This document shows, piece by piece, positions 1 to 7,688 of a stretch of 64,000 bases of DNA (positions are counted from its first letter, which is position 1; each line of letters opens with the position of its first letter). A program made the translations under genes and the position numbers. Location: contig BTVY01000037.1 in NCBI GenBank assembly GCA_045863335.1, positions 1 through 64,000 on the forward strand. Direction: 5' to 3'. The stretch is from Candidatus Hydrogenedentota bacterium (GTDB taxonomy: Bacteria; Hydrogenedentota; Hydrogenedentia; Hydrogenedentales; SLHB01). Under the pieces are notes generated by a model, which had not been told where the DNA came from, made no database searches, and was given only the letters and a program-made list of their open reading frames with translations.

Positions 1-52
1 CACACTTCTTGAGAGTAGCACCACCCGGCGGGGAAGCCACCTAGATGATTAT

Positions 53-119
53 CAGCCACCTTTTCGCTTCTCCGGTGTTGGTGTTTTTTCTCCACGACTC
101 AGAAGCGAAAAGGTGGCTG
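53..119. repeat. Palindromic repeat (CAGCCACC...GGTGGCTG family)
   Basis: Perfect 19-bp inverted arms CAGCCACCTTTTCGCTTCT (53-71) and AGAAGCGAAAAGGTGGCTG (101-119). A related element lies at 40082-40165. Confidence 0.75.
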
Positions 120-183
120 TCCCATTTTTCTTGTAAGAAACCGCCCCCGCAGGGTACCAATACTTCTTGAACGAGGTGCTCCA

Positions 184-702
184 TTGATTGACCACGATCA
201 AAAGACGCTGTTCCTCAACTGGCTGGACACGCACGGCGCGTCGGTCATGAAGGTGGCGCGCGCCTACACCCTCACCCACGAGGATTGCCAGGATCTCGCG
301 CAGGAAATCCTGCTCCAGGCGTGGCGCTCGTTGCCCAAGTTCGAGCACCGCGCCAGCGCCGCCACGTGGTTCTACCGCGTCGCCCTGCAGACCGCCATGA
401 ACTGGAAACGAAATGACATCCCCCGCCGGTTGATACAACAACCATTACTGGACTTCCAAGTCATCCCGGCGGACGAGGCCGGCAGCGCCGAACAGGCGCA
501 GCAGCGCGAAATCGTGGAGCAACTCTACAGCGCCATCCAGAAGCTGCCAAAAGGCGATGCGGCCTTGGTGCTGCTTTATCTCGACGAATTGAGTTACCGG
601 GAGATGGCTGAGGTCCTCGGCATCTCGGAGAGCAATGTCGGCGTGAAACTGAATCGCGCGAAGAAAGCGTTGACCGCGCTCATGAACGGGGAAGCATCAT
701 GA
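184..702 (+). CDS. ECF-type RNA polymerase sigma-70 factor
   Basis: 172 aa. Region 2 (DLAQEILLQAWRSLPKF...TWFYRVA) and region 4 (LSYREMAEVLGISESNVGVKLNRAK). GAGG RBS before TTG start. Confidence 0.93.
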   Translation: MIDHDQKTLFLNWLDTHGASVMKVARAYTLTHEDCQDLAQEILLQAWRSLPKFEHRASAATWFYRVALQTAMNWKRNDIPRRLIQQPLLDFQVIPADEAGSAEQAQQREIVEQLYSAIQKLPKGDAALVLLYLDELSYREMAEVLGISESNVGVKLNRAKKALTALMNGEAS

Positions 703-2843
703 ACCCTGACAACTTTCAAGAAGCCTGGAAGGCGCAATCGGCCCAGACCCGCGTGACGGTGAATGCCGACCTGCTGCTGCAAGAAGTGCAACGCTCGCAA
801 GAGAGTTTTCGCGGCATGATCTTCTGGCGCGACTTCCGGGAAGTCGCCGTCGGGATCGCCATGTTGCCCTTGTGGTTTGTCATGGGGTACTTCATGTCGC
901 TGCCGTGGACCTGGTATCTCACCGTGCCCGCGCTGTTTTGGTTGATGGGGTTCATCTTCGTCGATCGCTTGCGCCACCCGCAGAAGGCCCCCGGTCCGGG
1001 CGATTCGCTGCTGACCAGCGCAAAGGAATCCCTGACCCAGGTGGAGCATCAAATCTGGCTGCTCCGGAATGTCGCGTGGTGGTACCTGTTGCCGTTCACC
1101 ATTGCGATCCTCGCTTTCTTTACGCAAACCTCCTGGCAAATCGCGAATAACTGGGGAGGGTTTCTCTCATTAGCAATTCCGTCGTACGTATTCCTGTTCG
1201 TCCTCTACGGGTTCGTCTACTGGCTGAACCAATATGCCGTCCGCAAACAGCTCGAGCCCCGGCGACACGAACTGCTCACCCTCATCGCCACCCTTCGCGA
1301 TGAACCGGCGCGTGAAGTCAGCGGCGACTATCCAATTCTAACGGGCGCGAAGAAGTCGACCTGTTCGGGCCGGCGAATTATCGTTGCCACTATTCTCTTC
1401 TTCGCGATCTTGTTCATCGGCGTACCGGCCATACTCTATACCGCGTATTATTTTGAAAACCGTTTCAGCAGTGAGTATCCGAAGCTGTCCCCCTTCGCCG
1501 CGGTGCGCTGGCAGGAATCCCAACCGGAGGTCATGGTCGATGACGTGTGGTACACGCTCGTCTCGCTGAACGGCGTCCCCGCTTCGGACATCGTCGCATT
1601 CAGCCAGGAGACCTTCGGCGACAAGTGGCAAAAGCGATTCGAAGAGGACCTCGTCGAACTGCTCACCCGCATGGGACACGAGCCGGACGACACCGTCACG
1701 CTGGTGGTCCAAACGCTGGACACGGCAGAGACGCGAACCCTCGAAGACGTGCCCATGACCTATGCCAATCGCAAGGTCATCCGCGATGCTGCGCAAGCCC
1801 GAGAGCCGGCCGTTCCACTCTCCGAGTTAGTCCCCAGCCTGCGCGCGGAGCATGGCCTCGTCGGACTCGCCGCCATGGTCATGGTCGATGGCGAGGTCGT
1901 CGCGTCCGCGGTCGACGGCGAACGCAAGTCCGGCAGCGGCGTCCCGCCAACCATCGACGACCAATGGCATCTCGGGTCCATCACCAAATCCATCACCGCC
2001 ACGATGATTGGGCGGCTCGTCGAGGCGGGAAAGATGGACTGGTCGGACACGATCGGCGAGGCATTTCCCGACGCATCCATCCACGAGGATTGGAAACCGG
2101 TCACGCTCCGCCAGTTACTCACCCACACCTCCGGCGCGCCGCCGAACTTCTCCACCTTCGTGGCGCTCAAGAAACCCGCACTCGGTCTCGATTGTTTCAG
2201 GGAGCGCGAAGAAGCTGTGCTGAACGTGCTCGCTAAGAAACCGGCAACCCCGCCGGGCGAACGCCACGTCTATTCAAATGTAGGCTTCACCATCGCGGGA
2301 GCCATGGCGGAAAAGGCGGAGGCGGTGCCCTGGAGCGAACTCGTCACCCGGGAAGTTTTCGAACCCCTCGGACTCACCAGCGCGGGCTTCGGCCCACCCA
2401 CGAGTCCGGACGATACACTCGACCAACCGCGGGGTCACACGGGCGCCTTCGGCTGGAAGATCGCCGTCGACGACGATGCGGACAACACCTTCATCATCGG
2501 ACCCGCGGGCATCGTTCGCATGACGCTGACCGATCTGTGCACCTACGCAACCGAACATCTGCGCGGCCACCGTGGCGAAGGAACGCTACTTTCCGCCGAA
2601 ACCTACCAGCAACTGCACACACCCGAACTCGACAACTACGCCTGCGGCTGGGTGAAGAAAGACCCCGACGCGGCCGTCCCCCACACCCATTTCTGGCACA
2701 ACGGCTCCAACACCATGTGGTACGCCCTCGTGGTCTTCATCCCGGATATCGGCATGGTCGTAGCCGTCACCTCCAACGACGGCGACATCCCGAACGCCGA
2801 ATCCGCCGCCTGGCAAATCGTCCGGAACGCCGCAAGGCCCTGA
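699..2843 (+). CDS. Multi-pass membrane protein (putative anti-sigma) fused to a C-terminal beta-lactamase class C-like serine hydrolase
   Basis: ATGA overlap with the ECF gene. About 5 TM helices in the N-terminal 250 aa. C-terminal domain has SxxK (GSITKS), LLTHTSG, YxN (YSN) and HNG motifs. Confidence 0.85.
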   Translation: MNPDNFQEAWKAQSAQTRVTVNADLLLQEVQRSQESFRGMIFWRDFREVAVGIAMLPLWFVMGYFMSLPWTWYLTVPALFWLMGFIFVDRLRHPQKAPGPGDSLLTSAKESLTQVEHQIWLLRNVAWWYLLPFTIAILAFFTQTSWQIANNWGGFLSLAIPSYVFLFVLYGFVYWLNQYAVRKQLEPRRHELLTLIATLRDEPAREVSGDYPILTGAKKSTCSGRRIIVATILFFAILFIGVPAILYTAYYFENRFSSEYPKLSPFAAVRWQESQPEVMVDDVWYTLVSLNGVPASDIVAFSQETFGDKWQKRFEEDLVELLTRMGHEPDDTVTLVVQTLDTAETRTLEDVPMTYANRKVIRDAAQAREPAVPLSELVPSLRAEHGLVGLAAMVMVDGEVVASAVDGERKSGSGVPPTIDDQWHLGSITKSITATMIGRLVEAGKMDWSDTIGEAFPDASIHEDWKPVTLRQLLTHTSGAPPNFSTFVALKKPALGLDCFREREEAVLNVLAKKPATPPGERHVYSNVGFTIAGAMAEKAEAVPWSELVTREVFEPLGLTSAGFGPPTSPDDTLDQPRGHTGAFGWKIAVDDDADNTFIIGPAGIVRMTLTDLCTYATEHLRGHRGEGTLLSAETYQQLHTPELDNYACGWVKKDPDAAVPHTHFWHNGSNTMWYALVVFIPDIGMVVAVTSNDGDIPNAESAAWQIVRNAARP

Positions 2844-2845
2844 GG

Positions 2846-3030
2846 CGCCTTGGGCATCCTGCCCAAAATTTCGAGGTGATTCGAGGTGCCTTGGGCATCC
2901 TTGCCCAAGTTTCGAGGTGCCACGGCCTTCCAGGCCGTGATCTGCAATCTGTGGCCTCCCAGGCCACAGGACTCATGGGCAGGATGCCCATGGCACCTCG
3001 AATCACGGGCTGCAAGCCCGTGCCACCTCA
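2846..3030. repeat. Cluster of short REP-like palindromes (BIME-like)
   Basis: Units TGGGCATCCTGCCCA, CACGGCCTTCCAGGCCGTG, CATGGGCAGGATGCCCATG and CACGGGCTGCAAGCCCGTGCCACCTC. The same units recur at 13485-13603. Confidence 0.8.
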
Positions 3031-3097
3031 CACCAGCACAAGCTACTCTCTCCCGTAGACATAGGCACCCCCCCACGGCCACGCTATCGGCATAGCA

Positions 3098-3126
3098 TTG
3101 ACAAACTAAACTTTATACTATAAAGT
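3098..3126 (+). promoter_or_regulatory. Sigma70 promoter with overlapping palindromic operator
   Basis: TTGACA (3098-3103), 17-bp spacer, TAAAGT (3121-3126). Perfect palindrome ACTTTATA-C-TATAAAGT (3110-3126) covers the -10. Confidence 0.7.
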
Positions 3127-3172
3127 ACTTTTTGCAGACTCAGAATCGACCCGCCAGGAAGGAGGCCATCCC

Positions 3173-4714
3173 ATGCGCGTGCTTCTCATCAACGTCCCGC
3201 ACCCCGCCATCGGAAGTCGTATCCCGGACGATCATCTCCCTCCCCTCGGGCTCCTCTACATCGGCGGCGCGTTGATCGACGCCGGGCACGAGACGCGCCT
3301 CCTCGACGGCGAACTCGCCCCTTTGTCCACAAAACAGATCGTGGACACAACGCAGGCCTTCGCCCCTGACGCGGTCCTCTTCGGCCACTCGGGCTCGACC
3401 TCGGCCCACCCCATTGTCGCGGAGGTCAGCCGGGCGATTCGCGCCGCGTGCCCCGACCCATGGATCGTCTACGGAGGCGTCTTCCCTACGTACCATTGGC
3501 ACGACATCCTCCGGGACGAACCGCAGATCGACGTCATCGTCCGCGGCGAAGGCGAGCGAACGGCGCCACGCCTCATCGCGGCGCTCGAAACCGGCGCGCC
3601 GCTCCACGACATCCCCGGCATTGTGTACCGCGAGAATGACGAGCCCGTCGCCACGCCGGACGCGCCGCTCATCCAGAATCTCGACGACTATCGCGTCGGC
3701 TGGGAGCTGATCAATTTCGCGGACTACAGCTACTGGGGCGGACGCCGCGCCGTCGTGGTCCAGTTTTCGCGAGGCTGCCCTTATCAATGCAACTACTGCG
3801 GACAACAACTCTTCTGGCGGCGGTGGCGGCATCGCGATCCCAGGAAGTTCGCCGCGGAACTTGCCTGGCTGCACCGCGTCCACGGCGTCGACGTCATCAA
3901 CTTCGCCGACGAACACCCCGCCGCGTCCAAGCCCGCCTGGCGCGCCTTTCTCGAAGCCCTCATTGCGGAGAACGTCCCCTTGACCCTCGTCGGCTCGGTC
4001 CGGGCGGACAGCATCGTGCGAGATAAAGACTTCCTGCACCTGTACAAGAAGGCCGGCTTCGTCCGCTTTCTGCTCGGCATCGAGAACTACGACGAGGCGA
4101 CGTTGCGCCGAATCCGCAAGGCATCCACGGTGAGCGAAGACCGCGAAGCCATCCAGTTGCTCCGCCAACACGACATCATCTCCATGGCGACCTACGTGGT
4201 CGGCTTCGAAGAGGAACGCGACCGCGACTACTGGCGCTCTCTCCAGCACCTGCTCTCCTACGATCCCGACCAGATTCAATTGTTATACGTCACGCCCCAC
4301 CGTTGGACCGCCTACTACGAGGTCGCGGCAGCCCGGCGCGTCGTGCAAACCGACCGCCGGCGCTGGGACTACAAACACCAGGTGCTCGCCACGCGCCACC
4401 TGTCCCCCTGGCGCGTGCTCCTGTGGGTCAAGTTCATCGAGGCGGTCATGCAACTCCGCCCGCGCGCCCTCCGGCGGCTCTTCTTCCACCGCGACCCCGA
4501 ATTTCGCTACGCCATGCGCTGGTACTCCAACATCGGACGCCGCGTCTGGCCCTACGAAATCTGGAACTTCCTCTTCCGCGACCGCTACCAGAACAACGGC
4601 CCCACCCTCGCCCAATTCTGGGGTCCGCCCCAGGACGGCGAAGTATCGGCAAGGGAGCGCCCGATCCGAGCGCTTCTCCCGGTCGCAACGGACTCGTCAC
4701 CAGTGGTACGATGA
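3173..4714 (+). CDS. Cobalamin-binding radical SAM protein, BchE-like
   Basis: N-terminal B12-binding domain (PPLGLLYIG...YGGVFPT). CxxxCxxC motif in SRGCPYQCNYC. FADE and LLGIE motifs. AGGAGG RBS. Confidence 0.9.
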   Translation: MRVLLINVPHPAIGSRIPDDHLPPLGLLYIGGALIDAGHETRLLDGELAPLSTKQIVDTTQAFAPDAVLFGHSGSTSAHPIVAEVSRAIRAACPDPWIVYGGVFPTYHWHDILRDEPQIDVIVRGEGERTAPRLIAALETGAPLHDIPGIVYRENDEPVATPDAPLIQNLDDYRVGWELINFADYSYWGGRRAVVVQFSRGCPYQCNYCGQQLFWRRWRHRDPRKFAAELAWLHRVHGVDVINFADEHPAASKPAWRAFLEALIAENVPLTLVGSVRADSIVRDKDFLHLYKKAGFVRFLLGIENYDEATLRRIRKASTVSEDREAIQLLRQHDIISMATYVVGFEEERDRDYWRSLQHLLSYDPDQIQLLYVTPHRWTAYYEVAAARRVVQTDRRRWDYKHQVLATRHLSPWRVLLWVKFIEAVMQLRPRALRRLFFHRDPEFRYAMRWYSNIGRRVWPYEIWNFLFRDRYQNNGPTLAQFWGPPQDGEVSARERPIRALLPVATDSSPVVR

Positions 4715-4718
4715 GCGG

Positions 4719-5792
4719 ATGTTCACCGCAATCGGACGTTGGTATCGGAAGCGAGCGTATAGACCCGGGAGCGTGGTGTCGCGATTCGTTGCGCGCGATG
4801 TGAAGCGGGAGATCAGAGTCGTTTCCGCCGATGATCTCGATAAGGGATACATCGTTGGCCAGGTGCGAACGAATAATGTTTTGTATGTGGCCAGGGGCTT
4901 GGTTGCGGAACAGCAGTTCAGCGACCCTACGATTCTGCGCATAGATGAACTGTGGGATTGGTCCGGTAAGCCGTGGGGCGGCTTGCCCGATGGGACGTCT
5001 ATCGTGGATCGCGTAGACACGCGGCATAACGAGAATATACGCGTCGCCGATGGGGGCGATGCCGGCTTCCGCGACAGACTTCTTGAACATCAGAAGCCAA
5101 CACGGGAGTTGGTTCTATCACCGGGCGATCAGGGCTGCAAGCCGATCACCAAGATTTCGGGCGAGCCGTGGTGGCCGGCCAGGCTCCCAAGACCCACCTG
5201 CGGCCTCGGTCACACTATGTCATTTATGGCGCAGTTCCGCATCTCGGATGTTCCCGGATTCGAATCTGAGACCGATTCCCTGGTCTCGTTTCACTACTGC
5301 CAGTCGTGCTCCTACGAAGGCAATATGTCTTTCGGATGGGACTGCGAGCGGAACAAGTCCGGCTATGACGTATCCATTCTCACGAACATCACGACAAGAG
5401 AACCAGATGGACTCGAGACAGTTGCTGAGGTGGTCATCAAACCGCATGCCGTGACCTGTCGCGATGTCATGGAAGTCCCGGGATATGAAGACACGATCGA
5501 TCTGGTTCTTGACCAGCCGGATGATTACCCCGGGGGCAAAGACGACCTCGACGAGGAAATCTACCCCGGCGTGGTACACGTCGCGCACAGCAAACTGGGC
5601 GGTTGGCCCACATGGGTCCAACGGCCGGTCCCGCCCCCGGTCGGTGATTCGGAACGACTCGCGTTCGTCGCCCAACTCGACTGGTCATTGTGCGACCGCT
5701 CACCATGGTGCTCCGGGGGCTACGCATACCTATTCCTGATACACAACGGCACCAACATGCTTCGAGGAGAATTGGCAATACAGACAACGTGA
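4719..5792 (+). CDS. Hypothetical protein with YwqG/DUF1963-like C-terminal domain
   Basis: 357 aa. KISGEPWWP...MSFMAQF...FHYC and SKLGGWPTWVQ...FVAQLD...GGYAYLF...QTT patterns typical of DUF1963/YwqG. Confidence 0.65.
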   Translation: MFTAIGRWYRKRAYRPGSVVSRFVARDVKREIRVVSADDLDKGYIVGQVRTNNVLYVARGLVAEQQFSDPTILRIDELWDWSGKPWGGLPDGTSIVDRVDTRHNENIRVADGGDAGFRDRLLEHQKPTRELVLSPGDQGCKPITKISGEPWWPARLPRPTCGLGHTMSFMAQFRISDVPGFESETDSLVSFHYCQSCSYEGNMSFGWDCERNKSGYDVSILTNITTREPDGLETVAEVVIKPHAVTCRDVMEVPGYEDTIDLVLDQPDDYPGGKDDLDEEIYPGVVHVAHSKLGGWPTWVQRPVPPPVGDSERLAFVAQLDWSLCDRSPWCSGGYAYLFLIHNGTNMLRGELAIQTT

Positions 5793-6018
5793 GCGGAAAT
5801 GCTTGCGGCGGTCTCCGGATGGGGCGGCTCGAAAGTAGTCACGCCGTGGCTCCCTACACCTTCTCACATCAAGCCCTGGACGGGGCGAAAGAATCGGCTG
5901 GGCGGGCAAAGCCCCTCAGGCCCGAAGGCCCAAAAGGTTCGCGTATCAGGCCGTTCATGGGTATCATTGGGGCGGTACATGAAGGTGACCGTGACAAAGG
6001 TGAAATGGATGCTACGCA

Positions 6019-6153
6019 ATGAAACACCTCAAGCTCAAAACCAAGAAACTACCCATTCGAGCAGACGGAACTGGTCCGAAGATCCCGGACCCCTGTGAGG
6101 GGCTCAGCGGCAAAGCACTGAAGAAGTGCCGGAAGGAGAACCCGGATCTGTAG
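6019..6153 (+). CDS. Small 44-aa protein (not in the ORF track): MKHLKLKTKKLPIRADGTGPKIPDPCEGLSGKALKKCRKENPDL
   Basis: Translated by hand from ATG 6019 to TAG 6153. AAAGGTG upstream. N-terminus resembles the small ORF at 22408-22599. Confidence 0.55.
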   Translation: MKHLKLKTKKLPIRADGTGPKIPDPCEGLSGKALKKCRKENPDL

Positions 6154-6232
6154 TGCCGGAGATCACCCGGGGCGAAGGCCATAGCCCTATCGCACGGATC
6201 GCTCGTGGACGCGCTTGCATTCACGAAACCGA

Positions 6233-6322
6233 GATCGAAATCGCTATCGGGATCGGGATCGGGATCGGGATCAAAAAGAGAAACGCCCGGAGTTTCGATA
6301 CCGATCCCGATTTGGATCGGGA
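6233..6322. repeat. ATCGGG hexamer repeat with inverted partner
   Basis: GAAATCGCT(ATCGGG)4ATC followed by GATACCGATCCCGATTT, able to fold back. Confidence 0.7.
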
Positions 6323-6469
6323 CGTACCGCCGCTACGGATCCCAAACGACATGCGGGCGTGGGGGTGTCCGCTGTTTCTTGCGCGCCGTCCGCGACGTGA
6401 TGGGGGTGCGCCAATAACGCGCACCCGTCCCCAACACCCCGCACCGCCACGAAAACCCCGAACGCCAAA

Positions 6470-6528
6470 TTGTGTTGCAGGCTCCCAGCCTGCGAACGAA
6501 CGCGGCAGGCTGGAAGCCTGCACCACAA
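6470..6528. repeat. REP-like inverted doublet
   Basis: TTGTGTTGCAGGCTCCCAGCCTGC (6470-6493) and GCAGGCTGGAAGCCTGCACCACAA (6505-6528) form inverted arms. Confidence 0.8.
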
Positions 6529-6570
6529 TGCAAAACACTGTGCAAGATTTGTTGTCCGCATTCGCTCCCA

Positions 6571-7250
6571 TCTGACCCAACGGGCCTGCATACCTGCAAG
6601 CCCAGGCTTGGCCCAACCGGCGACACGCCGCGCCGAACCAATGCGCGCATCACGCAGCCCCGGACAGGGCGACTCGACTGTAGTCACGCCGCCGGCGTGA
6701 TGAAGCGAGGAACGAGCGAAACCCTAGGTTCTAACGCCCCTCAGGGCAAGCCCCGGATGGGGCGTAAGAAGTTAGAAGCGGCGGGGACGCCCGATCATCG
6801 CAGTCGCGTACGAGTCGACGTTTGCCGGCATGTTCTGCCGCCCCCGTTCGGGGGCTATGCGATAGGGACCGGTTCAGGTACCCAACGTTCCGCTCCGCTC
6901 CACGTTGGGCTACATTCTTCCGCCTCGTCCGAGGCTGGAAACTGTACGTCACCTTTCGGAACAATCGGGTTGCATCCAGCAAACGACTTGACCGCCGATC
7001 CCAATCCGGCCCAACAGGCCGTCTTCGGTCCAATCTGGCCCAACGGGCCTACATACTTACAGCCCAGGCTTGGCCCGGACGGCCGCACGGCGCGCCCGTG
7101 AAACGCACGCCACACGAATCCGGCCCAATGGGTCTCCGAATCGGTCAAATCTGGCCCAACGGGCCTACATACTTGCAGCCCAGGCTTGGCCCGGACGGCG
7201 GCGCCGAGCGCCCGCGCGACGCGCCAACGGCCGGGCCTAGCCTGGGTATC
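6571..7250. repeat. Nested non-autonomous palindromic elements (MITE/REPIN-like)
   Basis: Three copies of TCTG(G/A)CCCAACGGGCCT(A/G)CATAC...AGCCCAGGCTTGGCCC at about 6571, 7034 and 7150; the last two lie in a ~115-bp tandem duplication. An AGCCCCGGA.GGGGCG...CGCCCCCGTTCGGGGGCT element lies at about 6655-6935. Confidence 0.75.
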
Positions 7251-7688
7251 CGCAACCCCCATTCATCCCTACGCTGAAAGCGTTGCACAACGAACGCAGG
7301 AGTATGTACCCCTTGTATATTGTCCGCGAGGGAAATTTGGCGATACGCCAGTCGTCGCCGTATCCGTTTTTTGGTTTTTTTTCTTTTGTGAACGACTGTG
7401 GGGTTGTGGATAAGCGGTGCGTTCGGCTCATGGGATTCCTCTCGCAAGGCCATGTGGGAGGTTAGGACGGGCGGCGGAGCTGGGTAACCCCTTGGGCTGT
7501 CGCGAAGCCTGTCCTGAAGTTGATGGTCCGCAATTAGCCCAGCTATACTCGCACTATTACATATCTTTCGGACAATGAGTTCTTGAATTGACCTGTCGTA
7601 CAATTAAAGAAGCTCCGCCAAAGGTTTTTGAAAGAAATCAGCCTGCAAGCTATTTGGGAATTGGCTGGAAACGGGGTGCGATACAAAC

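Noticed and set aside
3173-4714. Calling the gene bchE or inferring phototrophy
   Set aside because: No other bch, puf or chlorosome genes in the window. BchE-like enzymes occur in non-phototrophs.
3173-6153. B12-radical SAM enzyme as maturase of the 44-aa peptide (RiPP cluster)
   Set aside because: No RRE or SPASM features visible, an unrelated gene and ~225 bp separate them, and the second leader-bearing ORF has no such enzyme nearby. Not excluded, but unsupported.
6571-7250. Recurrent ~45-bp sequence as a CRISPR array
   Set aside because: Only three copies with irregular spacing (~460 and ~115 bp), similar intervening sequence, no cas genes, and the unit is the end of an inverted-repeat element at 15182.
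5799-7603. ORF-track ORFs of 60-209 aa across this region
   Set aside because: They translate palindromic repeat DNA, overlap in several frames and show no protein motifs.
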